64,000 nt of DNA from Antedon mediterranea. Taxonomy: Eukaryota > Animalia > Echinodermata. The position numbers were made by a program, and so were the translations under genes. Location of the stretch: assembly GCF_964355755.1 (NCBI RefSeq), contig NC_092674.1, positions 28,644,001-28,708,000 of the forward strand. Direction: 5' to 3'. Shown here piece after piece: positions 1 to 12,924 of the stretch. Every line of letters begins with the position of its first letter. Position 1 is the first letter of the stretch. The notes below the pieces were generated by a model that was not told the DNA's origin, did not search any database, and worked only from the letters and a program-made list of their open reading frames with translations.

Positions 1-249
1 AATGGCAAAAGGCTTCTTACTTTCTAGGAATTTTATCAGATATTCTATATTTTTTTGACAACTTTGTAACGTGACGACAGTGCAGATTTTCAACTAATTG
101 ATTAAACAAAGTGTACGCAATACTAGGGGTGTCCCCTGAGTAGGGGTTGTCTGCATATACTGCTCTTTGTTAGTTCACAGGAGAGTCTTCTGAATAGGGA
201 TGTCCCAAATGAGTTACAAAATACAACAAATTGGTTAAAGATATTTTGT

Positions 250-447
250 AACCCCCTACTCGTCTCGAAAGATGTACTAGTTTCTTTAAATTGCACATGA
301 GCTACATGTGTGTGCACTGGACCTATGGTTTATAGTCCTTATCTGAGAAGACTTCTACCACCAGAACCATAGAGCGAGTGAGCCTTGAACCCTTGCCGAT
401 GTTATGGCTATGCAATTATGGTTCCACTGTCTTAACCACTCAGCCAC
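250..447 (-). mobile_element. tRNA-derived SINE, copy 1 of 3 in CRAMP1 introns
   Basis: The reverse strand begins GTGGCTGAGTGGTTAAG (A-box-like) and then has GGGTTCAAGGCTC (B-box-like). A ~190-bp body is shared with 908-1095 and 2202-2385. Confidence 0.65.
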
Positions 448-559
448 AAACAAATTGGTTAAAAATATTTTGTTATACAGTATATACTGTTATTCATTGC
501 CATAATACTTTAACTTTCTATTCTTAATAGATTTTAGTTAAATTTCTTTTCTCTTCCAG

Positions 560-2950
560 TTGTTATCAGTCCAATCAACAGTCCTGTGTCGTTTGTTACC
601 AACTCACCACCGGTAATGATGCAACAATCTATGCAATTATCTACTCCAGTCGCCGTTGTACCTATCTCTAATCCGTCGGTAAGATAGAAATCCAATTTGT
701 TGATTCTCTTTACTATAATTTAAATGTTTGTCTTGAATAAGTGCCCTATCAGGTTAATGTGAACCTTCGCTGTAAAGTATGTGCTGAAGTAATTTGAATT
801 TTCTGAATTTGAATATTTATTTATACTGGGCAACCTCTTAGTCAAAGACTGGTCTCCCAGAAGGCCCAGTTATGATCAGTTGCTGTGATGTACTAGTAAA
901 CCAGGTTAACCCCCTACTTGTCTCGGAAGATGTATTAGTTTCTTTAAAGTGCAAATGAGCTACATCTGTGCACTGGACCTACGGTTTATAGTCCTTATCC
1001 AAGAAGACTTTTACCACCAGAACCATGGAGCGAGTGAGCCTTGAACCCTTGCCAATGTTATGGCTACGTAATTATGGTTCCACTGTCTTAACCGCTTAAC
1101 AACTCACTCGCAATTGTAAAAAGTTTTTTTTATTTTCATTTAGGTGTTGCCAATTGTTGCTGCACCAACTCCGACTTGTTCCATTGTTGCCGTTTCTATG
1201 ACAACAAACCAGAATTTCGCTCCACAGCCAACAATGGTAACGTCTGTTCCTACGACACCTCAAACCAAGGTTACCGATAGCAGTATCCTATGCACTCCTA
1301 GCCCGCCAAAAATGGGTACAAGTTTCACAGAAACTAAGGACAGTCGACCGCCATTTAGCATTTCACCACCACCAAACCTATCCTCGATATTGGATATATC
1401 GTTGCCTTCTGCTGATTGTACGGAACCACCGATTGGATCGGAATCTCTCATTGCCATGGCAATGGACACTGCTGGACTCACTGGTAAGATATTGGAAACT
1501 ACTAGTGACTACAATTATTCGAAGATGAAATTTTGAGATACAAAAGTTGAAATAATTAAAACATGCAAATTATTGTTTTCATTGTAGGTATTGCTGAAAC
1601 ATTGGCGTCTAGTAGTTCATCGATAGATGAGAAATCGGAACAGAATCGAGAAACTGGTGCTTCCACGCCACCTCCCAGTACTGTCGGTTCTACAAACTCC
1701 CCATTTAAACTGACCTCTGACCCTAATTGGCTGAATGCAGAAACGGTATGTAATAAAAAAAGTTTTCTTTACAGATGGTAAGCCATATCAGTGTGAACAC
1801 TGCTTTACACTAGGGCCCTCTAATCACAAAATATGTACCACAAGACAAATTTATAATAACTTTATCAAATACTACTCAAAAACATCTCCAAATTTTGAAA
1901 CCAAGGTTTGAATGTACAATGCTTAGGCACTAGGAACTATATATAAATCCAGGATTTATTATTTGACGAAAACCTTTATATGTTTATATTATAGATTAGA
2001 TAATTATTAGATTATAGATACACTAACTCATAATTTACTCCAATTGTAGATGGATTTATCCTCTCTAAGTGGATTCCTGAATGGAATTGAATCGCCAGAA
2101 AAGAAGGATAAGACAGTAACATTGAACAGTCTTTGTCCACCGGTCATTCTTTGTGAATCATCTAGGGACTCTATAATGTCAACAAGCAATGTAAGTACAC
2201 ATCCCCTACTCGTCTCGAAAGATGCAGTAGGTTCTTTACATGAGCTAGATGTGTACGCTGGACCTACCGTTTATAGTCCTTAATCGAGAAGACTCATTCT
2301 ACCACCAGAACCATGAAACAAGTGAGGCTCAAACCCTTGCTGATGTTATGGCTAGATATTATGGTTCCTGTCTTAACCACTCGCTACAGCCAACACCCAC
2401 GTTTGACGCGTAATAGACGAGTAATATAGTTATGATTAATAGATAGTACGACACATTTTGACATTACTGCCAACTTCTATTCAGGAGACGTTTGTATTAA
2501 TTTACATTAATAAAATATTGTCAAAATCATCCCTATGTTGTGCGGGCCTTATCTGCTATATTCATTATGTTGAAATACTTGGCGTATGAACTCTCCAGCC
2601 TCATTTTGACACAACACACTCATCTCAATGTTGCACATTTTTACGACAAAATTACTACCAAAAATAAATTTTAACCTTTATAAAATATGTTTTCAATGAT
2701 GTTTTATTTAATCATTTCTATCCAGTTCCAAGTTGATGGTACATTACAGAGTCTAATGAATGAAAACAGCATAGACTACATGGCAAAGTTCGCTGACCTT
2801 GCTGCGCACCTGGACGAAAGCACCGACTTGCCCGTCAACCTAAACGTCAACGAACCAATCACGCAACCCACGCAAGGTAGCGCATCAAAAGCACTCGACT
2901 TCAGTTCTGTGGATTTCGGCAGTGGTAAATTAAATCGCATAGTGTCATGA
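560..2950 (+). CDS. CRAMP1: Protein cramped-like, 3' exons only (approx. 560-678, 1144-1483, 1588-1745, 2050-2190, 2726-2950); the 5' part lies upstream of the window
   Basis: GT-AG exons join into a Ser/Pro/Thr-rich tail. It ends in QVDGTLQSLMNENSIDYMAKFADLAAH, which matches the cramped C-terminal motif (MNENSxDYxxxFxDLA) as I recall it. DLSSLSGFL is also cramped-like. Confidence 0.8.
908..1095 (-). mobile_element. tRNA-derived SINE, copy 2
   Basis: Same body as 250-447 (cccctact..gtctcg..aagatg..cactggacct..accaccagaaccat..ccttgaacccttgc..gtcttaacc). Confidence 0.65.
2202..2385 (-). mobile_element. tRNA-derived SINE, copy 3
   Basis: Same body as 250-447. Confidence 0.6.
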
Positions 2951-3249
2951 TTTGTGGAATATAAGTTCATGAAGTTTGAAGAGATTACTCTGTTTTGATT
3001 GGACAATCAAGGTGATATTCAAGAATGTTAACTAGAAGGGAGCTTTTGATTTGCGACGTATTGATCTGTCAGCGGTTGTCGTCTTGAAACCACGAAAACT
3101 GTATTGAGAAATAAAGTGTGGATACACATTTCAACTTTCCTGCAGGCACACAATGAACTAACCTGATACTAGGTCTTCAGTCCCTACATATGTCACTGGA
3201 GTCCCAGAACAACAGTGTACAATGTTTTCAGTGAAAGAAATACCCTAAA

Positions 3250-3411
3250 ATCTCTGTCTACACTATCAAACTAGTTTGACAAAAAAGTGTGATGTGCCCA
3301 AATATGGTAGTGATATGCTTAAATATGTTAGTGGAGTATGACATAATCATGTCCATATATGGGCACATCACATTTTTTTGTTACATCAAGTTTGATAGTG
3401 TAGACAGAGCT
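3250..3411. mobile_element. MITE family A (TIR AGCTCTGTCTACACTATCAAACT), PIF/Harbinger-like. Other copies or fragments near 17419, 18406-18689, 19863, 33077-33336, 37319-37458, 37585-37607, 38141-38261, 47857-48000, 48699-48822
   Basis: ~23-bp inverted ends (ctctgtctacactatcaaact / agtttgatagtgtagacagag). TTA flanks both sides of the copies at ~37319 and ~48699. Internal ggtagtgatatgcccaaatat units. About 10 copies in the window. Confidence 0.75.
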
Positions 3412-3900
3412 TAATTCAGAGTACAAGTGTCATCGTAAATCAACATGTATTTATTTTTATTATGTTTGGGTTTTTGTTTCTTAAAAGGTAAATTAATGAT
3501 TTTTTATGTCATTTTCATGTTATTTCATTTCAAATTACTTTCTTTAAATGTGTTTTTATTTTATTATGTCCTTTGTGCAATATTACTATTGTATAAAAAA
3601 TATATGTTCTATAAAATGTACATTATATATATATATATGAAAATAACAGAAACAAATACTGTAAAACATATTTGTATACATCTCTGTATAAAGTAAATGT
3701 CTAAAAATCCTTGTATTTTTCAAATTTAGTATTATTACTGATATATGTCCATATTGTGCCAATTTTGTTGTTTGTAGGAATAACATCTCATGGATTTTTA
3801 TTTTAGGAGGCATAATTACATAAAATTTATCTTCAACAAAATATTTACCATTTTGTTCTCCCATGTGTGACTTTTGAACTGTGCATGGTATGAAGGCTAA

Positions 3901-4104
3901 AGCCTGTTTTCCTGTCGACGTTATTCGACGCTATCGTTAACAATAATCAGCGATCTTCTACGTAAACATTGAAATGGTAACGATTTACAGGAAAAGGTAC
4001 TCGCTATCGTTATCATTTCAACTTGATCGTTTTCAAACGATCGTCGTTGAACTGTTAACGATCAACGACGATAGCGTCGAATAACGTCGACAGGAAAACA
4101 GGCT
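3901..4104. mobile_element. 204-bp MITE with ~38-bp perfect TIR and TAA TSD (PIF/Harbinger-like)
   Basis: taa|AGCCTGTTTTCCTGTCGACGTTATTCGACGCTATCGT ... ACGATAGCGTCGAATAACGTCGACAGGAAAACAGGCT|taa. Confidence 0.8.
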
Positions 4105-4133
4105 TAAGAAATGCAATGCTCCGATATCAAAAT

Positions 4134-4285
4134 GCCAATTTACACAGACGAGCAGTAACTGTAATAAAAATATAGAATCTGTTTTATTTCCTTATGACCA
4201 TTTACACAGATAGATACAGATTCTATGTGGAACAAGCTAGAAGGTTTTCCGCTTACCGTTAGCGTGCGTCTGTGTAAATTCGCCT
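4134..4285. mobile_element. MITE family B (GCCAAYTTACACAGACG ends); second copy at ~17028-17202
   Basis: Inverted ends gccaatttacacagacg / cgtctgtgtaaatt(c/g)gc. Internal sequence is shared with the copy in a UFSP2 intron. Confidence 0.65.
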
Positions 4286-6095
4286 TTAAGGCCATTATTA
4301 GTAAATCCTGAGAATTTAACAGTTTTTTCGATGTATTTTATTGGTTTTAGATGATTGCTATTTTTAATTAAGAATTGTTTTGTTCTTATAAGAAATTGAG
4401 GTTTCAAATTACAGTATTATTTTATGACTGATTTATTAATTTGTTTATTTTTGATGTATTTTTAAATTGTGTTTTATGGGACACAAGAAATTCAATTTAA
4501 TGTTTAAAAAATGTTTTCGCTTATAAAATGACAAAATAAACAGTTAAACTCAACCAAAAACCTCAGTTGGCTGGCAGCCAATTTGACCAGTTTTTGCTAT
4601 CAGGTAAATAAAGTGAATAACTATTGTGACATTAAAATGGCATATTCTACAAAACAAAAATTGTCAAAATGATTTTCCAGGGGGACAATACATCTTGAAC
4701 TGTGTGTGCCTAAATGAGATGTTAAATTAACAAATGTGGTTACTTTGGAAAAACTGTTAAAATTACTAATTTTTGTGAAAGAACAAAAACAATATACGAG
4801 GTTTTTTACAATTAGGAAATGATGTATTAAAGACAAAAAATACACTTTTTACAATTTGTTGCCTTTCTGAAGTTGTTTATTTATTACACGTTTTTTACTT
4901 ATTGTACTTCAACATGTATTTCATACAAAGACATTTATATTTAACTAAGCACTGCATTTTAACATTTATTATACAAATTATGCATATATAATATATCAGA
5001 GACATTTATACACAACAATAATATATTTATATACTATTGAAACAAATATTTGTTGATAAAGGATATTACACACTGTAGATACAGTCCAATACCAGACACC
5101 CCTGGGCTGGCCTTATATGCCTGGTTTTCCATAAATTCTGGTACTGTATTCAGAAAATGTGTTTCTTAAATGTATTTAGTATGGAGCGAGTGTAGAATCT
5201 GTTTGGACTTGCGCCTTATTCTCACGCCTGGTTATTTTTCCTTGCTGACCAAATAAATATGTTTAAAAAAGATATTGGGGCCCTTTTGAATTTCAAAGGT
5301 CTGATTTTGTGAGAGTTTCTGGTTTCAAAGAGTATTTATGAAGTTGACTGTATTGCCTAAATTACACATTTCAGAAATTACAAAATCACACTGCATTTTA
5401 CATGAAAACAAAGACAATTGTTTTTATTTTAACAAAGATTAAGAACACAGCAATAATACCATTGAACCATTTGACACTCTGTTTCAACCTGTAACAGGTT
5501 GTAGGAGCATTAGGGAATTCGTTTATGCATTCATCCATGCATAAACATATCATTCTGGGTTATTCACAATAACAGCAGCATCAATTTTGGAATTTCATTT
5601 TCATATTCAATAACAAAAAGAAATGATTTTATAATAGTATCGCAACACACCTTTCTTCTATTAGCAGTTTCTATTAAATTTTTACCCAAAAGTATTTTAT
5701 TAATTTTAACAACTACTTTTTGCATATCAGCAAGTTTTTATTTGACACTTATTCATAACAATAATTCCATCAGCAATTAATAAATAATATTTACAAAAGT
5801 AATAAAAGAACATAGAATTAACAATTATGTATACATCACAATTTTTTTAGCCACTTTCATTTATTTTAGTCCCATTGCTAGTTCTTAACGAAAGAAAATA
5901 ACACCCACAGTTTCTCAAAAGAGAAATTAAAGTCAAAATTTGTAATTTTAGTAAAATTATCAATTTCATTACACTGTAACACATGCAACATTGTGAAAGC
6001 AAATATCCCCCAATGCAACATGCACATAGTCAACTTTTACAGTCAACCAATTGAGGGCGTATGAATTGCAAATGGAAGAATTTATTTATTGGTTA

Positions 6096-7100
6096 TCAAT
6101 CCTCATCAAGATCACTATCATCGTCGTCATAACCGCCTTTTATTGTTTTGTTCTGTCTCTTTTGTTTTAGAATGTTTTTTAGTTTTCCGTCTTCACCTAC
6201 AGGTGGGTCCTGTAAGTTGCCGCTGTAGTTTATGACATCAGCACAGCCTAGTCTCCACTCTAGCATCTCTGTTGGAAAGTCATCTCTGCCTCCAAGATCT
6301 TGGAATCTAAATTTCAAAAACAGGAACACAAATATTTTGAAATAAAGGTTGTACAATAGTAATTGAAAAAACATTTTTTGTTTAATGAGTTATTGAAGCC
6401 AGTTTTCCACTAGGAAACTTTATTCGTGCAAATCGAAAGTATTTTAATCTACTTTTTGTGACGCGCAAACCAATCATTATCACTCAGAAATGTTTGACTT
6501 GCAGGAATATATTCGCTAATAATGGAGATCCGGCCTAAAAATGTATAAAAAAGGTATAATAAAACAAAATAAGTTTTTCCTTAATGTACGATTGTTCTTT
6601 ATTGACGAAAGATTAGTGTATATTTTATTATTTGGTGTAACTTCTTACCCAACAATATAATCTGTTGTTTTGCCTTCCTTGACAATTGCTATTGTAGGCA
6701 TGGTTTTGATTCTCAGTCTCTCTGCAAGGAATGGAGCCTTTTCAGCATTTATTTTTAAGAACCTGGTCTCAATATGTTTTGCTGCTAAAATAGATAAATG
6801 CTTATCGATGATTTTACATCTAAATGTACTGTCCCGATAAAAATGACACAGAGCTTTAGTGCTCTTTTTACACTCTGTAAAGAACTCTTTTTCTCCAGGA
6901 ACTTCTGTGTAAACACCATGTCCGTTGGCTAGCCATGTTTTCTTCTGTTCTTCATGTTTCTTCATGGCGTCTAAGCGACGCCGCCGGATACTTTCTAAAT
7001 CATCTTGATCTAGATGATCGATCTTTTCAATTTCTGCGTCAACTTGTTGTTCGATTATTTCTGTAGCTTTTAGAAGCTGATCTTGTAATGCTGGATTCAT
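6096..7100 (-). CDS. TXNDC9: Thioredoxin domain-containing protein 9 (phosducin-like 3); coding exons 7100-6649 and 6306-6096
   Basis: Motifs GHGVYTEVPGEKEFF, CHFYRDSTFRCKIIDKHL, ETRFLKINAEKAPFLAERLRIK and GFQDLGGRDDFPTEMLEWRL, with an acidic tail. The GT-AG intron is in phase. Confidence 0.95.
6397..6535. mobile_element. MITE family C; second copy at 20374-20532
   Basis: The two sites share gttttccactagg..caaatcgaaagt..ccaatcat..atgtttga..atatattcgct and have imperfect inverted ends. Confidence 0.55.
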
Positions 7101-8123
7101 CTTTGGTATTTATCTGCAAGAAGTTAGCCACACACAAAAAAATACACTAAATTGTAAAATTTAAACTACTACTACTAGGCCTAGCCTATCTATGTACTAC
7201 TAGTTAATTAGGTAGGCCTGCATATCATTTATCCTCCACTTTAGAGTAATAATGGAGAGGATCAAGTCTCTCCTAGCTAGGCCCTGCTTGAACGTACACT
7301 GCATTGATTCAGTGAGTATCTCCGCGCGCGAGTGTACATTTTTAGACTAAGCTAGCTAGGCCTAGGCTAGCCTCTTTATTTAAATAACTAGGCCTAGCCT
7401 AGGCCCTGGCCTAACCTAAGGCCTAGCCTACTAGCCTAGTTAGGCCTACTACTACTTCGCAAATACACAGTTAGCGTCGTAATAATGCGGATGATTTAGA
7501 CAATAATAAACGCCAACATTTATTTATTCAATCAAAATATAAAGTAACTAAATACATACCTATTTAGACGAAAAAAAACTAACTTTATAAAGATTGTTTT
7601 TTTGTTGGGTGGTGGGGGTAACCACGATGAATTTCAAAATGCATAGCGCCACCACCCACTAAAACCGCTAAAACTAGGAATAATAAGGTATGGGATGACC
7701 AAACTAACTTGTGGTAAAAATGAGTAGACGTTCAAAGCTTTTACTATAAATAACAAATCCTGATAAGCAAAACAGATCAATGAAATATCATTTAGTAGGC
7801 TTATATAATATTCAGTGCTTAACAACATTATGTTACAGGCAATAAGATGTTCTGTAATTATGCAGCTTGTAATGCCAAGTTAACCTTCCATACAAACAAT
7901 TTACCCCCTCTGCTGTCTAAAAACAGACTTCCGTTCATTGTGTTTTTTTCACAGTAAAGTAAAGTCCTTGAGCGGTTGTGTTGAGCAAAGAAAACTTCTA
8001 TCGGGGCTAGCAGCAACATGAGCACACGTGATAAATAAATAAATAAACAGGAAAAGACGTCAATTTTGGCCGATTGTCCTTGACATTTAGTTGGCCGTTA
8101 GTACAGTGAATACAAATCTGGAG

Positions 8124-11100
8124 ATGTTGGGCTTAACATTTCTAAGCATTGGCCTGGTTTACTTCTGCAGTTTCTTGAGTTTTTGTGGAGGTGTGGGTAA
8201 GTACATTTACGAGAATAGTTCTCTCGTGCGTTGTGATTAGTTAATAGTTTGAAAACAAAAATTCGTTTTGTGTTGGGGAGGAGAGGGGGGTGGTTCTGGG
8301 TCATGTTTTCATATTACTACTAAATTTAACAACTGACCTGCACCATATCAAACTTACAACATTGTTGGGTTGTTAATCAAAACTTTTCAAATAAAAAAAA
8401 GCAAATTCTAGGTAAGCTGTAGTAGTAGCAAAGATTTTTAAGTTATAAAATAAAAAAGGCTAATTATAGATATGCATAATTTATGTAGGCCATCTTCATT
8501 CCTTACTTTTCAGAAACGGCTCAGAAGCCAAATGTTCTTTTTATTGTTATTGATGACCTTCGACCTGCCCTTGGTTGTTTTGATGACAGAATTTTAACTC
8601 CAAATATTGATCAACTTGCAGAAAAGTCAGTTAAATTTACTCAGGCATATGTTCAGGTCAGTATAAATGTTCAGTTCAGGGTCATGAAATCCAGGTGCAA
8701 AATAATATTAATAATGAATACAGAATCGACTGTATCAAAAAGGTAAACCTCCAATGTGACTCTCTTTTTGGATCCCAAAGTTGTCCCCTTAATAGAAGTT
8801 GAAAAACCAGAAATTCCTGCCCATATTATAATAGGCAACAACCAGTTAAAACCAGTTTACAACAGTGGAATTTGGTTAATGGTATTGACAGGTGTCAAGC
8901 TGGAATTTCTCCTGGGACTGTATTATCGTATTTATTATCTTGTTTTTCTTCCAGCAAGCCGTATGTGCCCCAAGCCGCATATCTTTTTTAACAAGCAGAC
9001 GACCGGACACAACAAAGCTTTATAACTTCTGTTACTACTGGCGTACCTTTGCTGGCAACTACACAACATTACCGCAGCATTTCAAACAAAATGGATATTT
9101 TACAGCAAGCGTTGGGAAAATCTTTCACCCAGGTATAATATGAGGGCGCTTTCAATTTGCATCAACCAATGACCGACAAATTAAGTTAATTCTCATTTAA
9201 ACTCATGCAGAAGTTGGTAATTTTTTTAGGTCCAGGTGACTAAACATTAATGTGTAGGTCCTAGAACGCAAATCAAATGGTCCTTCACTTCTCAGAATAA
9301 ATTTTCCAACTACCTCACATTCTCACTTTTATTTTTGTTTAAATAGGTAAGGCGTCAGGTAAGAATGATGACTATCCCTATAGTTGGTCTGTACCAGCCT
9401 ATCATCCACCGACACAACTGAACAAAACATCAAAGGTTGGTATGGTTGATATCACTACAACAATTCACAATTGATGTAGCAGCGAATGCTAATATTTTGA
9501 CTTGCTTGTCAATATGTTAAACGAATCCAATCATAATATACATTCTCAAAATATTTATGTATTTATTGTCATAGGAATTTAGTTCCCTTTTGTGCTTCCT
9601 GCTACTTACTTTGTACAGGTAGTTGTTTGTTTGTTGTTGTTGTTGATTGGCAATAAAGAATAAGAATACCGTATAGGCCCTACTTTATAATTAAATAGAG
9701 CATTTCAGACTATATGTGTTACACAAAATGGATAATAAATCATTATTTCTTAAAATACTAAATAAAATATCAATTTTAAAAAATGCATCATTTAACAAAG
9801 AAAGAACAATAATACTGTTACGTCAAAAAGTCGAGCAGCATTTTTTGTAAGAAGTATTTTTTGTTATTTTTTTTATTTAGGTTTGCGAAAATCCAGATGG
9901 CACTCTTCATGAGAATCTACTCTGTCCCGTTGATGTTGCAAAAATGCCCGAGAAATCGCTACCAGATATTCAGAGCACAAACCATGCGATAGGAATCCTC
10001 AAAAACATCTCTTCAAACACAATTAAAGAACCATTCTTTTTAGCGGTCGGGTACCATAAACCACACGTCCCATTCAAGTATCCGAAGGATTTTAAAAAGT
10101 TGTACCCATTGAGTTCCGTCTGGATGCCATCCAATAACTTCTTTCCTCCAGGTCTTCCAACTGTTGCCTGGGTTCCATATGATGACATGAGAAAAAGAGA
10201 AGATGTAGCAAGTTGGAATGCTAGTTATCCATTTGGTCCAATACCATTAAATTACCAGGTAATTGCAAAATCTATTTTCTTATCATTTTGGTTTAAAATA
10301 AATTTATTTCTAAACAGAAGACATGATGGCTGTGGAAAATGGATATAAGCGCTCGCTGGCTAAACCCAGGGGTCCCGGAGCTTATGGGGGCTCCTGAGCA
10401 GTGCACAGAGGAAAAAACAGGCATTAATATATGTCCAGCGTTGGAGGGCCACTTAGAGATCCTAAACCAGGGGCCTCAAGTCTCTGCGTTACACCACTGT
10501 AGGAGGGCATTAATGTGCATTTGAATTTCAAATTCATGGAATGGGGTGTAGAATAAGATTTCAGAGAAGGTCAGTGGTAAACCCTGATTGCTGTTAACCC
10601 AGTATTACAATTGTCCATAATTTTTTTTTCTACAGCGAATGGTTCGTCAAAACTACTTTGCTTCAACGACTTATATCGATTATGAAGTTGGCCGTCTGCT
10701 ATCAGCATTAGATGAAGCTGGATTGGCAGACAACACTATTATAACATTCAAAGGCGACCATGGTAATTATACAATACTCACCATAGAGTTATTATTAAAC
10801 TAGAGAGTCTATCAACTCAAACAATCACCATTCAAAATTAGAAACTTTATTAAAGTATAAGCAAAGTAAATGTGAATCATTTTGAATTAAAATGACTACA
10901 ATTTGGAATAGGATATTTATAACATCCCTCAGTGGTCTTTATAAGAGTAAATTAAACCAGCATTTTAGGTGAATTTTTTTATTTTTTTAATCTTATCGTT
11001 TTTTTTTTAAAAGGTTGGCAACTTGGCGAACATGAAGATTGGGCAAAATTCAGCCTATTCAACGAGGCAACCAGAGTGCCATTGTTCTTCCACATTCCTG

Positions 11101-11756
11101 GTGTCACCACAAAGAAACAGAAAAAACAAGGAGAAACATTCCAATTTATAAACACACTAAAAGATACAAAACTCAAGGAGAAACATTTAAAACGATTAAA
11201 TGATTTGACAGCGCCTAAAAAATCTTCAATATCGGCTGATCTCACTACAGATGCGTTTGTCGAGCTGGTTGATCTGTTTCCCACTCTTGCGGAACTCGCT
11301 GGTCTTCAGGTTCCACCGACATGTCCTTCAAAGCCCTTCAAGACCATGTTATGCACAGAAGGAACCAGCCTTGTGCCTTTGATCAACCAGACAGTATACG
11401 GAAAAAAAGATTCTAAAATTATCCAATGGAAAAATGCTACGTTCTCGCAATATCCAAGGCCGTCGGATTACCCATGCTCCCTGACAGATTTATCACCCTA
11501 TGAGAACATCACTATTATGGGATATTCGATGCAGACAACTAAGTACCGTTATACAGAGTGGATAGGCTTTGATACAAATGACTTCAGTAAAGACTGGAAC
11601 AAAGTCCATGCAAGAGAGTTGTACATGATGGATTCGGATAAACAAGAAAATTACAACGTTGCCAATAAAGAATCAAATAAAGATCTTATAATAGAATTAT
11701 CAGGACAGTTGAAGGACGGATGGCGAAATAGTTTACCCATTTTAAAAAACGATTGA
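8124..11756 (+). CDS. IDS: Iduronate 2-sulfatase (7 coding exons: ~8124-8196, 8514-8656, 8955-9132, 9346-9434, 9881-10258, 10636-10762, 11013-11756)
   Basis: Signal peptide [17 protein letters not shown]. Motifs [18 protein letters not shown] (formylglycine motif), [62 protein letters not shown] and YRYTEW. Confidence 0.93.
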
Positions 11757-11845
11757 TCCCTTATTTCTTTTAAAAAAGACAATAGGTCTGTGGTATAAAA
11801 CAAACAAGGAATGTACAGTACAGGAGAACAGGAGAACCTCTATTA

Positions 11846-12026
11846 AAGGTCTTTCACACCTGTTCCGGCACAGTTTTGGTCTGTGAATCGAACATCAGTG
11901 TTCCATTTTCACGAAACTCCGTGCCAATCGATAAGCGCGTAGCCGTGTGAAAACGTAACATTGATGTTGGGATTTGATTTTCCAGGGCTGGACCGGAACC
12001 GTGCCTGAACAGGTGCGAAAGACCCT
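11846..12026. mobile_element. MITE with ~30-bp imperfect TIR, inserted in an older repeat
   Basis: aggtctttcacacctgttccggcacagtt / aaccgtgcctgaacaggtgcgaaagaccct, with TTA-like flanks. Confidence 0.6.
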
Positions 12027-12924
12027 TTAAGGGGGGAACCTTTGTCCCCTTAATAGGGTTCCTTTGTCCCCTTAATAGGGTTGTCCCAAAGAAGGGGTTC
12101 TAGACTATGCATATACAGTAATTTTCAGATAGTAAAGAGGTTGTCTGTACTATGTATATTTCATTTGAATGAAAGAATACAATACTGTACAATAGTATAG
12201 GCCTACAGTATTAATTTAGAAGATTATAACGGCGGTTTTATCCATTTTTTTTTGTTTTTCTTTTTATCCATTTTATAACCTTATTTAAATTTACAAATTT
12301 TAGTGCATAAAGCTAAATTATATATTTTTGTATACATTTAAAAATAAAATTTTACCATATAAAATTACAGTGTTCATTTCTTGAATTATCAATGAAAATT
12401 CTTTAAAATGTAAAACAGATTTTCAACAAAATTTAAACTTTATAGAACTACAATCAGTTCATTCTGTAATTGTGATATTTTCACTGATTATCTGTACTCT
12501 ATAATAATAAGGTTATATTTGTATGATACAGGCAGAATATGTGATACATATGTGCCACTGTATCATAGACCTTGCCTTTGAATCTGAATATATTATAGAT
12601 ACAGTACCAATAATTGGCTAATCATAGAGATCACTTAATTTCTCCCTGGTTAAATGTATATTCTGTAGATATACATATTGTAAAAATTAACAAATGTAAG
12701 TGCCAAACCATCTAAAATCATTGGCCAGATTTTTACATATTTTTAGTAATGAATTATGTATTAAATAAAAAGTCAAATAAAGACACTAAATGCTTTTAAA
12801 ATTTAAAATTTAATAGTCATTTGATATAATGAAAGGTACTATTATAATTTTTTAATGATTTTTTATCTCTTGTTAACATAATTTGTTTTATTATTTATTA
12901 TCATTGTCCTTAGGTAATTTGACA

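Noticed and set aside
361-447. tRNA gene
   Set aside because: A and B boxes are present, but I could not form a clean cloverleaf. It is attached to a repeated body, so it is better read as a SINE head. The same applies to the tRNA-like stretch at ~33780-33842.
3445-4845. Short hydrophobic ORFs (3445, 3586, 4621) and similar AT-rich ORFs elsewhere (e.g. 54270)
   Set aside because: Their composition reflects AT-rich UTR or intergenic DNA, with no motifs or splice support.
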